Source: Eledone cirrhosa (lineage: Eukaryota). From it: a DNA stretch of 64,000 nucleotides. The notes below the pieces were generated by a model. It was not told where the DNA came from, made no database searches, and saw nothing but the letters and a program-made list of their open reading frames with translations. Of this stretch, positions 26,615-38,085 are shown piece by piece; the first letter of the stretch is position 1; each line of letters starts with the position of its first letter. The translations under genes and the position numbers were made by a program. The DNA is taken from NCBI GenBank assembly GCA_964016885.1, contig OZ024743.1, positions 99,696,001 through 99,760,000 of the forward strand. The letters run 5' to 3'.

Positions 26615-26617
<3 letters not shown>
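26428..26617 (+). mobile_element. Perfect palindrome (54-bp arms, 1-nt centre at 26482) plus ~80-nt extension; half-hammerhead element
   Basis: 26428-26481 is the exact reverse complement of 26483-26536; embedded in (TA)n. Confidence 0.9.
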
Positions 26618-26656
<39 letters not shown>

Positions 26657-26951
26657 ATATATATATATGTGTACATATATATATATCAACAGATAGTTAA
26701 TTACTTATAATATTCAACTTATCTCTTTGTTTTATCCCCCATGTTCTCTCTTAATCTCTCATTTTTACTATTTCTATCTATTTAGGAAGATGGCCAGGTA
26801 AAAAGATGCTTAAGGGTGTCAACCTAGACTCTATGTAGTAGTATTTTCTGTGTACTAACAACTAATGTATGTTTATTGTGATGATGTAGTATTTTAGTAA
26901 AAACGGTCCCACTGAGGCTGATTAGTATATTCAAGCAATGTCGTGTGCATG

Positions 26952-28148
26952 CAAGGTGGTATCAAGAAATGTCCAGACTAGTTCTGTAGTGTACCAACAG
27001 ATGGCAACACATGGTTGTACATGCAGTGAGAGTTAGCAGTGACCTTCAAACACCAGTGTATCAAGTGACATCACTGTGTTCCCTCCACAAGTTGTGTTGT
27101 TGTCATCACGTGTATACTGTAGCCTGTGATTTTATCATGAACAGGAAGTTGGAACAAAGAACCAACATGAAATTTTTTGCATTTAACTTGAGAAGTCTGC
27201 TACAGAGACATTGAGCATGCTTCCGCAAGCTTATGGAGATGAGGCAATGGGTTGTACGCAATGTTTCAAGTGGCACAGGCACTTCAAAAGTGGAAGAATG
27301 CCCCTGGAAGATGACGATCTGGAAGACCTGCTATTAATCAGCTAGTGCCTGAGGATCATCAGAGGACAATCACCAATATTGCTGATGTTGTTAGTCTGTT
27401 GTATGGGTTCGTGCAGGTAATCCTAATGACTAGATTGAATATGTAGTGTGTCACTACCAAGTTTGTCCCTGCATGCTGACCACTGAGCAGAAAGAACATC
27501 ATGTCAAAGTTTGTTAAGATCTCAGTCAGCGTGCCACTGATGACTTATCCTTCTTGTCGAGGATCATCTTTGGAGATAAGTTTTGGGTCTATGGATATGA
27601 TCAAAGAAGGCACAACAGAGCCGCAGGTCAATCAAGAGCATGTTAGTCATTTTTTCAACATCTGTATGTATCGTGCATCAAGAAATCATCCCCAAGAGCC
27701 AGACCGTCAATCGAGAGTTCTACTGCAACATTTTGATATATTTGAGGGAGGAAGTTCGGTGGAAGTGACCAGATCTGTAGAACCCGAAGGATTGGATCCT
27801 TCACGACGACAATGTACCCTGTCACCAAGTTCTCCTTACTCATCAGTTTCTCACCAAAAACAACATTGTATCACTCCAGCACCTGCCCTATTTGCCAGAT
27901 TTAGCTCTGGCAGACTTCCATCTCTTCTCCAAGTTGAAAATGCAGCTCAAAGGTTGCCGTTTTAACACCATTGCTGAGATCCAGAGTGAATCGCAATGTC
28001 CTCAACTCACGACTTCCAGGCAGGAACGTTGGGACCGGTATATTGCTGTACAAGGTGACTATTTCAAAGGAGAGGATGGTAAAACTTAGGTAAATATATT
28101 AGTTTGTTTTAAACATAACTAGTCCAGGAACTTTGTGATACCACCTCG
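26952..28148 (+). mobile_element. Decayed Tc1/mariner transposon (~1.2 kb)
   Basis: TIRs CAAGGTGGTATCA..GACTAGT / ACTAGTCC..TGATACCACCTCG|TA; peptides EQRTNMKF, PDLALADFHLFSKLK..LKG.RF, RWDRYIAVQGDYF. Confidence 0.92.
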
Positions 28149-28424
28149 TATATGCATTTTATATGTAACAAGTTATTCATCTCTTTTAATAGCATTTTAA
28201 AAAAAATTTTGTTATCATGTTTCTAATGAAGGGCAATGTCTGACCTTTTTTATTAATTCTAGTTGTTTTAGATTTTTACATTCTGAGTTCAAATCCTGCC
28301 AAAGTCAACTTTGCTTTTCATCCTTCCAAGGTCAATAAAATAACATACCAGTCCAATACTGGGGTTGATATAATTGACTTTCTCTTCCCCTAAATAGCTG
28401 GCCTTGTTAGAAATCATCTATGGA

Positions 28425-28640
28425 GGTGGATTGGCAGTATCAGTAGGGTGTCAACACCATGCTTTGCAGCATAGAGTTATGACCCTTTACGTTCTTGGTT
28501 CAAATCTCGCCAAGGTTAGCTTTGCCTTTCATCCTTGTATGGTCATTAAAATAAAGACCCAGTAATGCACTGGGGTCGATTTAATGAACTTCCCCTCCAC
28601 CCAAATTTCTGGCCTTGTACCTATAGTAGAAATCCTTATT
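28425..28640 (+). mobile_element. SINE family S1 (older copy; partial copy just upstream at ~28280-28410)
   Basis: Homology to 21002-21190. Confidence 0.8.
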
Positions 28641-28687
28641 AAGCTGATTTCTGAAACATAACTTAACAAAATTATTTAACATATATG

Positions 28688-29022
28688 GAGGCACATGGCT
28701 TAGTGGTTAGAGCATTGGCCTTGCAATCGAAAGGTTGTGAGTTCAATTCTCAGACCGGGTGATGTGTTGTTTCCTTGAGCAAGACACTTTATTTCACATT
28801 GCTCCAGTTTACTCAGCTGTAGAAATGAGATGATGGGGACTGGGGTTCATATCATTCCACTGCAAAGTGGTCGTGGAGGTGCCACGGCAAAAAAGCACCC
28901 AGCACTCACTGTAAATGAGGTTGGTGTTAGGAAGGGCATCCAGCTGTAGAAATCAAGCCAGAATCGGTTCTCGTCCCACCCTTGCAAGCAGGGAAAAGCG
29001 GACGTAAAGTGATGATGATGAT
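28688..29022 (+). mobile_element. Full-length tRNA-headed SINE S2 with RTE 3' tail
   Basis: A-box TGGCTTAGTGG, B-box GAGTTCAATTC; 3' end CGTCCCACCCTTGCAAGCAGGGAAAAGCGGACGTAAA identical to the RTE end at ~56220-56258. Confidence 0.92.
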
Positions 29023-29529
29023 ATTGATACAGAATTTAATAATATACAGTGTTTGACAAATGTCTACATTATCATTTTCATATGTAGGTATCTAGATTAT
29101 TAATATATTTATATATATTAAACAAAATATCTTAGTAATAGTATGAGAAAACTGCCTGGAAGCAAGTCAATGTGAATTAATAGATTTGACTATTTGATGT
29201 GAAACCTTTCTTGCTTTCCATTATCTTTAAGAAATCATATTAATGCTAGTGTATGTGTATGTATAGTTAATGGATTTACTTCACAACTTAGTTTTAGGTT
29301 CAATCCCACAGTATGGCTGGGATAGTGCTTTCTACTATATACTCAGTTTGACCAATAACATCTGATTTAAATTTGGTAAGCAAAACATTTATGGGAACCC
29401 AACATATATATCCCACCCCACTACATCTTATCTCACCATTCACTATCAGCCATCACTGCCCCTTACTCATCACCCTGCCAAATCAACACATACACTATAA
29501 CTTCATACCTACCTCCCCACTCCCAAGAG

Positions 29530-30292
29530 CAGAGAGGGCTTTGCAGTTGAGATTATAAACAACAACCTCTCTAGTGACGTTGCCATAAAAATGCACCTGG
29601 TACACATAAGGGTGGTTGGCAACAAGAAGGCACTCCGCTGTAGAAACCATATCTAAAAGGGTTGAGAGGACACTTCAGTTGTGTCTAGGACACAACAACC
29701 TCTTTAGTGTTAGTGATCTACATTAGAGACACACCCATGACACACAGCGAAGTAGTTCGTGATAGGAAAGGCATCCAGCCATATAAAGTTTGCCAAACAA
29801 AGGGTTTGAAGGACACTTCAGTTGAGTCAAGGACATGATCAACCTCCTTAGTTTTTGTGACGTACACGATTAATGCACCCAGTACATGCTCTAAAATGGT
29901 TGATGATAGGAAGGGCATCTGTAGGAAATTGCCAAGCAAAGGGTTGGGAGGACCACTTATGCCAAGGATATATCAATCACCCTAGTACTGGTGATCTACA
30001 TGATAAAAGCACCCAGTATACACTATAAAGTGGTTGGTGTTAGGAAGGGTATCCAGCCTTAGAAAGCTTGCCAAACAAAAGGTTGGGAAGACCTTCCAGT
30101 TGTGTCGGAGACATGACAGCCTCTTTGTTGCTTGTGCCATGATAAAATGCACTTAATAGAATGCGAATCCCCAGCCTGTATGGGAGGTCAATGGCCTCAC
30201 TTCTGTATACACTTGGTCTGTGAAGACCTGTCCAACCCATACTAGCAGGGAAAGTGAGGATTAAATGATGATGATGACCATATGATGATGAT
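29530..30292 (+). mobile_element. Element built of ~5 diverged ~120-bp units with RTE-type tail
   Basis: Recurring GCACCCAGTA...GGTTGG..TAGGAAGGGCATCC...TTGCCAAACAAA.GGTTG; related minus copy at ~39450-39810. Confidence 0.7.
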
Positions 30293-30304
30293 GAAATAAA
30301 TATA

Positions 30305-30540
30305 TCATCATCACTGTTTTACGTCCATTCTTCCACGCTAGCATGGGTTAGGCGGGTTGTCCTGTTGTGGGCAGTAGCCAGTCAGCTGACCATGTCTTGC
30401 TCATACAGGAACTGATTCTGGCTTAATTTCTACAGCTCGATGCCCTTCCTAACACCAACCTCATTTACAGTGAGTGCTGGGTGCTTTTTTTCCATGGCGC
30501 CTACACGACCACTTTGCAGTGGGAGGGGTGGGGGAATATT
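30305..30540 (-). mobile_element. RTE 3' UTR/SINE module, type C
   Basis: Homologous to 24652-24945. Confidence 0.8.
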
Positions 30541-30759
30541 GTCTATATATATATATATATATACACACACACGTGTATGTGTGTATGTGCCTATGTGTAC
30601 ACAAGAGAGACTTACTTCAGAATAACAAGAATCAAATTTGGCCTTAATAAACAAAAAAATTAATCTCTACTGTGGTATTGCTTATTCATTCTTGCGACTG
30701 TCAATATTAAGTGTGTGTGTGTGTTTGTCTGTCTGTGTGTGTGTCTGTGTATGTACACT

Positions 30760-30808
<49 letters not shown>

Positions 30809-31393
30809 TTGTTGAGAATATTTCCAAGTACATTCATAAATCTATAATGTTTAATAATAACCTTTTTCATTAGTCAGATAGCAGCATATATTACAGTAAG
30901 AATCCTAACAAGAGAGAAAGAGAACAGAGAATGATTTCTGTGATGGAATGCAGTACTTCTTGAAATGTAAATATATTGTGCAATTTGTTTTTTCCTTTTT
31001 TCTTTTTTATACCTTTGCAAATAATCTTCAGTAGTTTTCAATAAGTTGTTGAAACAAAACCTACAACATATTCAACTAGAAAGTGTGTTTCCTGGGCACA
31101 TGTACTCAATAGATGCTACCAGATTACTATAGCAAGTTAGTAAGACATATATGTATAAAGTTCTTTTGAGCAATAACTATAGATACATCAATTGTGGGTA
31201 AGAGAAAGCTATTACTGATAAATACCAGAATGTTATTGAGAACTGCTACAACTGAATAAGATGCCTAAACATAATTGCATGAATTTCCTACATTGACTTT
31301 AAATAAAATAGATCTTTATTTGAAGCTATGTATTTTTTTTACCAAATGCTTTTATAAAGATTTTTTTATATTTCCTAAGGTTCATTTGTTTTG

Positions 31394-31452
31394 CTAATTC
31401 TCATACTAATTTGCATAATTCTCATACTAATTTGCATAATTCTCATACTGAT
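31394..31452. repeat. 21-bp tandem repeat containing ATTTGCAT
   Basis: (TAATTCTCATACTAATTTGCA)x~2.6. Confidence 0.8.
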
Positions 31453-32353
31453 TATGATGAAGTGGGAGTTCAGCTCGTTTTTCACCTAAACCTACTCACC
31501 CTTTGGTTTAGACTGTATGCAATTTAGAATAGGTATACAGAATCCTTGTGTGCCTAAGAGGCAGCTAAAAGAGTTGGTGCCAGGAAGAATATCTAGCTGT
31601 ATAACAGTGTCTCAAAAGGGAGCCTATATAAATGCTTGCATGGGTTTGACAGGTCGTCCACATTGGGAAACAAATCTGGCCAGACTTGGCCATGCCGTAC
31701 CTTGCTCCGTGCCTTTGGATGACACCATTACGAGGAGGGACAGGCCATGTGTGTGTGTGTAAATTAGGATAACTGATAAACTACATCTGGTAAGCTAAGT
31801 TTTCATGTTTTAGCAGCTACAACTCAGACACAGCTACTATAATGTTTTCAATAATTCAACATCATTAACAACTATAAAGAAAGAGTATTAGATGTTTGAA
31901 CGTAGGTATGGCTGTGTAGTTCATGGCTAGATCACTCTATGCACCACTTTGAAGAAGTTTATTCTACCTTAGAATGCTTAAGGCATTGGATTAAAAATAT
32001 TTCAGTATTTGTCTGGCTCACTACCCTCTGGCAGATCAACTTTATCTTTCATCATTTCAAGGTCAATAAATAAAGTTTGCTACCATTGTGGATTTTTTTC
32101 TTTTTCTCTTTCACATGAAGAAATCAGCTGTGTTCCAATATGAAGATGGATGGGTTCCACCAGATTTAAAATGGCCAATATATGCCATGTGTCAAGGCAG
32201 CACCCCTATAGCTTAATCAATAGTTAAGAGCATAATTTATCTTTACTTTCTGCCATAGTCTCAGGTTGACCAACAAAGTTTTGTAAATGAAATTTGGTAA
32301 ATAAATACTGTACAGAAGCCCATTACATATATATTTAAATATGATTATATATA

Positions 32354-32842
32354 TCTATATATATAAAGTTGTAGTACCTGTCTGTTTGTTTGTTTGTTCA
32401 CAAACTCCTCCTATGGTTTTGGAGATAGACCCCCATAACCATATATATTCTGAAACTACATTGGCCAGGATACTTGGATAAGTATATTTCATTTTAATCA
32501 AAGGGTTCCTCGGGGCACAAACCCCCACTGAAAATGTTTTCCCTTCGATTTATATGAAATTTAAACCATAGGTAAATGACAAGATATGATGCCTATTCAC
32601 AAAAGTTTTGAATTTATATTTTGAAAAAAATTATTTACAAGAAACAAAATAAGAATAAGATTTAATAATGTAATTTTGATTTGATATATTACAAAAAATA
32701 ATGTTTTCCAATTTTTCATGCATTACATTTTACATTGAGTAATATTGAAATGCAGAGTTTTTCTCCATAAATTATATCACTGATTTAAAATCAATCATCA
32801 TTTTCTTACAAAAAAATTTATGAAACGCAGCAATTCGGCTAG
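32354..32842 (+). mobile_element. Non-autonomous Helitron
   Basis: A|TCTATATATATAAAG start, (TGTT)n near 5' end, CTAG|T end; subterminal hairpin degenerate. Confidence 0.7.
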
Positions 32843-32846
32843 TTAG

Positions 32847-32884
<38 letters not shown>

Positions 32885-33004
32885 AGGTGAGTTTTATTGT
32901 AGTACAATAAAGCAATGCAGATATCGGATAAGAAGCACTCTACAGTTTGTAGGACTGGAGTATACATAATATAAGATCAAAAGATGGTTAAAGGAGTTCC
33001 ATGT

Positions 33005-33073
33005 ATTTTATTATGCGCATTTCAAAAACAAACATCATCATGCAATAATATTTGTGTTTTCATCAGATAAAAC
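33005..33073 (-). ncRNA. Minimal type I hammerhead ribozyme
   Basis: Reverse-complement copy of 33166-33234. Confidence 0.8.
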
Positions 33074-33165
33074 AGGAGAACATGATATGAAGGCTAAAAA
33101 ACACTATGTTGATTTAAAACTGCACTATCCACAAGTGTTTTTTAGCCTTCATATCATGTTCTCCT

Positions 33166-33234
33166 GTTTTATCTGATGAAAACACAAATATTATTGCATG
33201 ATGATGTTTGTTTTTGAAATGCGCATAATAAAAT
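33166..33234 (+). ncRNA. Minimal type I hammerhead ribozyme
   Basis: GTTTTAT-CTGATGA-long stem II-GAAAT-GCGC-ATA-ATAAAAT. Confidence 0.8.
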
Positions 33235-33265
33235 ACATGGAACTCCTTTAACCATCTTTTGATCT

Positions 33266-33302
<37 letters not shown>

Positions 33303-33517
33303 TTAAAAATGTACATCCACATATGTATACTGAAATACTAGTATGCATATGAATACACACACGTATACATATGTAGATGTACCGAGTTTTTTCACTGGTC
33401 ACTTTACTGTGAGTGTCCAGCTATTCTGTATGTAAACACACAGACAAACCGGTTTTTAGAGTCATACTGGTTTTTGAGGAAACACCTTTCCTCTATTCTC
33501 CAGAAAGCCAGACAAGG

Positions 33518-33562
33518 AATATTGAACTAGTTTCGTTGTTGTTACAACTCATCAGCAATATT
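33518..33562 (-). ncRNA. Minimal type I hammerhead ribozyme (R1)
   Basis: Reverse complement of 34162-34206. Confidence 0.9.
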
Positions 33563-34161
33563 TACCTATCTTCCGGCCTTTCTAGAGAATCGTAAAAGCA
33601 CATATCGTTATATGCTTTTTCTATGAAAATTAGTAGTGGGCAGACCAATTTGCATAGAGCGTGAGTACGTACCGGTTCAACGGAGACGATAAAAACAAAT
33701 AACGAAACGAAACCAAATTTCGCTTCGCCTGCAACTCACTTTTGTCTGGCTTTCTGGAGAATAGAGGAAAGGTGTTTCCTCAAAAACCAGTATGACTCTA
33801 AAAACCGGTTTGTCTGTGTGTTTACATACAGAATAGCTGGACACTCACAGTAAAGTGACCAGTGAAAAAACTCGGTACATCTACATATGTATACGTGTGT
33901 GTATTCATATGCATACTAGTATTTCAGTATACATATGTGGATGTACATTTTTAACTTAATTGTTTAAGCGTCAGTCATACAAAAGTGAGTTGCAGGCGAA
34001 GCGAAATTTGGTTTCGTTTCGTTATTTGTTTTTATCGTCTCCGTTGAACCGGTACGTACTCACGCTCTATGCAAATTGGTCTGCCCACTACTAATTTTCA
34101 TAGAAAAAGCATATAACGATATGTGCTTTTACGATTCTCTAGAAAGGCCGGAAGATAGGTA

Positions 34162-34206
34162 AATATTGCTGATGAGTTGTAACAACAACGAAACTAGTTC
34201 AATATT
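34162..34206 (+). ncRNA. Minimal type I hammerhead ribozyme (R1)
   Basis: AATATTG-CTGATGA-GTTG-TAACAA-CAAC-GAAAC-TA-GTT-CAATATT: canonical core, 7-bp stem I, palindromic ACTAGT stem III. Confidence 0.92.
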
Positions 34207-34796
34207 CCTTGTCTGGCTTTCTGGAGAATAGAGGAAAGGTGTTTCCTCAAAAACCAGTATGACTCTAAAAACCGGTTTGTCTGTGTGTTTACATACAGAA
34301 TAGCTGGACACTCACAGTGAAGTGACCAGTGAAAAAACTCGGTACATCTACATATGTATACGTGTGTGTATTCATATGCATACTAGTATTTCAGTATACA
34401 TATGTGGATGTACATTTTTAACTTAATTGTTTAAGCATCAGTCATACAAAAGTGAGTTGCAGGCGAAGCGAAATTTGGTTTTGTTTCGTTATTTGTTTTT
34501 ATATATATATAAATATATATATATACTGTACAGAAGCCCCTCACATATATATTTAAATATAATTATATATATTTATTTTGGTGTGGTGTGAAAAACAGTA
34601 TTCACATCTCTTATGCTCATTTTGCATTTCATATCAATCTTAAAAGAACCAGGGTCAAAGCATTTGAATTAATATCACAGATTAAAAGCCCTTGAAAAGC
34701 ATGCTCCAGTATGGCCATAGACCAATGATTGAAACCCAGCAAAAGAAAAATATAATAAAAACTACTGGAACTAATTTTATTAATATTAGAAGAACA

Positions 34797-34986
34797 GGGC
34801 AGTGGATTGGCAGTATCGCAGAGGGTCGGACGCCATGCTTTCCAGCAAGGAGTTACATCTCTTTATGATCTGAGTTCAAATCCCATCGAGGTTAACTTTG
34901 CCTTTCATCCTTATGGGGTCAATAAAATAAAGTACCAGTAATGTACTGGGATAATTGCTGGCCTTGTGCCAAAAGTAGAAACAATT
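34797..34986 (+). mobile_element. SINE family S1
   Basis: Homology; TSD TAATATTAGAAGAA. Confidence 0.88.
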
Positions 34987-35467
34987 AATATTAGAAGAAT
35001 AGATTTTTGTTTAATTTGAGGCTAGCAATAAGGAATGTTGTTACCAAGATTCCATTTACTGAGTTCAAATATGGAACACTTGTCACTCAATAAATATAAA
35101 AGAACTAGTTTATATATGACCATGAGAGAAATAAGATTTCAACAAGACTATACCCCTATGCATATCAATCCCAGCTATAACACTATTTTACAAGCTTTTT
35201 TTCTTTTTTTGACTAGAAACATAATCAGATAATTGTTTGTTACTAAAGAAAACTGAAAGTTATACTAAATAGCTTCAAAAGAAAAATGACTTTGATGTCC
35301 CAATTTGATTGCCAAGGGATAAAAACGAATTTGTTTGTAAAAATCTAATTGTGGCTGCACAATCTTCTCACATTTCTTGCATTCCTACCATTGAAGCAAT
35401 GAGAAATATTTGACTAACTATGTTCAGCTATTCTTAAATCTATCTCTCAAAGAAGACAAATAATAAT

Positions 35468-35658
35468 AATTGTTTCAACTTTTGGCACAAGGCCAGCAAT
35501 TACCCAGTGTATTACTGGTACTTTATTTTATCGACCCCGTAAGGATGAAAGGCAAAGTTAACCTTGGCGGGATTTGAACTCAGAATGGCAAGGGCCGTAA
35601 GTCTATGCGTCAAAGCATGGTGTCCGCTCCTCTACCAATACTGCCAATCCACCGCCCT
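35468..35658 (-). mobile_element. SINE family S1
   Basis: Homology; TSD AAGACAAATAATAAT. Confidence 0.88.
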
Positions 35659-36229
35659 ATAAGACAAATAATAATAATGGTAATAATTACATTTAGAATA
35701 ATCAAATATCAGAAGAGAAAAAGAATGAGAATTATGAAAGAATGAGAAGAAATAATGAATGAAATTTTTTGTTTTTTTTAACCATTTTTTATTTTACCTT
35801 TTATTATTTCTTAAATTCAAATAAGTAAAAGCTGTCAGAGGAAATAATTTAGAGGTAACTGGAACCTCTTTAAAAATTGCTAAGATCCAAAGTCAATTGA
35901 GGCTTTGTTAGGGAGTGTGAAAATGAATAAAACAGGTTATGAAGTATATAAAGAGATTACATGGCATCGGAAAATATGAGAGAAACAAACAATAAAATGA
36001 CTTTGTTTACAGTTCTTTACAGTGACTTGTCAATGGTGTTCAAGTAAAATATATTTGAGATTTTAAACAAAAATGTGTTGGTGTGACAAAGAAACTCTTT
36101 TAGTTCAGACTTTATTTTTTTATCACAAAAGACTTTATGCAGAAAGAACCTTTTTATTTTTCTCACCTAGAAATGGAAAATGACAAGAAACAGTAAGTGA
36201 TAGAATACTTGTGACTTTAGCAATCATAT

Positions 36230-36413
36230 AATTGTTTCTACTTTTGGCACAAGGCCAGCAATTACCCCAGTGCATTACTAGTACTTTATTTATCGACCCC
36301 ATAAGGTTGAAAGACAAAGTTAACCTCAGCGGGATTTGAACTCAGACCATAAAGGACTGTAACTCTATGCTGAAAAGTATGTTGTCCAACATTCTACCAA
36401 TACTGCCAATCCA
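36230..36413 (-). mobile_element. SINE family S1
   Basis: Homology; TSD TAGCAATCATATAAT. Confidence 0.88.
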
Positions 36414-37825
36414 TAGCAATCATATAATATTAGTGGTCCTGTGCTGTCAATAAGGATAGCAATAGAGATAAACATATTTGATATTTGGAGTCAACGATTG
36501 GTATGTCATGTATACCAACACAGCTGTATAGATGAACAATCAAACAGTGAAATTTCCATTTTGATATTCCATATGGTTTACATAAGAAAAACCCTATAGT
36601 TTATGTTGATTACTAACACATTGAAGTGGTTAAAAATAAGAATAATATTTTAACAATTCATTTCTAGGTTATAATTATATAAATGTTTAGCCTATATGTG
36701 CAAATGGGATACAGGATTAAATGTACACCTAACTTTGAAGGAATATCTATTTTACAAGAACAAATTTAGGATTAGAACCCAGGACTTTGAGATTGTGAAG
36801 TGAACTTATTGTAGCGACATGACAGATAGAAAATGCAGTGTGTGTGTGTGTGTTAGGATGTGCAAATTTGAAAAAGTTACAGACAGATATATATAAATAT
36901 ACAAACACACATGGCGTATTATTATGGTTGAGTGCTAGACTGACCTGAAAAGTAAAATGTTTCACAATTGGACAGTAAAGTGTATATAGGCAGAGTAAAT
37001 AGCAATTGCTCCATATACTGCAGTAAACTATTATAAATGTTTAGTAGAAAACTCCTTTAAACCACATTATAGCAGTCAGCTAAAGATACTTTTTCACAGT
37101 TAAAAGGGAAATATATTTATTTGAATGTGTGTGTGTGCACATGTACTCACATGCACATCTGCATGTCTATATATGTAGTGTGTATATATAAATGCACTTA
37201 GTAGAATGTGGAACTGTATGTAAGATAGATGTGAACCCCTGCTTTAGTAGTGACTCAGTGTTCTTAAGACCTATCCAACCTTGCTAGCAGGGAAGGTGGA
37301 TGTTAAATGATGACGATACACTATGATGTACCCATGTTACAAACAGGATATGTGTGTGTTGAACCTCAAACAGTTTTAAAGATGAGTATTTCAGTTGCTT
37401 GAACAATAGAACAGCTTGCTTAAGAAATTAACATGCGAGAGGATGAAAACTTCACTGACACATGCACTTATCACATGGTTCTCAGCCTGACACACAGTGA
37501 CAAAGCTGCTCCTTTGAATAACAGATACAACTCACTTTTACCAGCAGAATGGATTGGAGCAATGTAAAACAAAGTGTCTTGCTCAAGGACACAACACCTT
37601 ACATTGTGAGCCAGACACATGAATCTCTAAGCCGAGCCCCAGCTACCACACATCATCATCATTGTATTTATGTCAACATTTCTATACTGACATGGGTTGG
37701 ATGGGACTTTTTGAGGCAATATTTTACAGCCAGATGGCCTTCCTGACACCAACCCTTTTAGTTGCTTTTTCCAACAAGCAAAAATAGAGGCACATATGAA
37801 TCGTTACACACACACACACACACAC

Positions 37826-38085
37826 AGAAACTAGGCATACGAGGAACCCGATGCAGTGAGCATGAGAGAAGACTGTGTTGGTATGGACATGTGATGCATA
37901 TGAAGGATGATAGCTGTATAAAAAGGTGCAGAGCACTCAAAGTTGATGGAAGCCTTGGAGTGGGGAGACCAAGGAAGGCTTAGGATGAGTTAATAAAAGC
38001 TGACCTTGCACAATTGCACCTCTTAAAGGTCTTGATAGAGGACCGAGATCTCTGGCCTTATGCAGTAATACAGAAGACCTGCCTT
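37826..38085 (+). mobile_element. RTE C-terminal fragment
   Basis: KLGIRG...ERRLCWYGHVMHMKDDSCIK...GRPRK. Confidence 0.82.

Larger units (their letters stand above)
32883..33272. mobile_element. Fold-back hammerhead element (~136-bp arms 32968-33103 / 33135-33270)
   Basis: Arms appear to be exact reverse complements; left arm extends ~85 nt further; (TA)n flanks. Confidence 0.88.
33300..34502 (+). mobile_element. Retrozyme-like element family R1: inverted arm 33300-33742 (-) plus ~1.6 tandem 467-bp units (+)
   Basis: AAAAGTGAGTTGCAGG at 33981 and 34448; copies nearly identical; (TA)n flanks; no credible ORF. Confidence 0.9.

Noticed and set aside
28688-28760. tRNA gene
   Set aside because: A/B boxes continue into a SINE body; no complete cloverleaf
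33413-34311. Identical 60-aa ORFs on opposite strands
   Set aside because: By-product of the R1 inverted duplication; non-ATG start, antisense to the ribozyme
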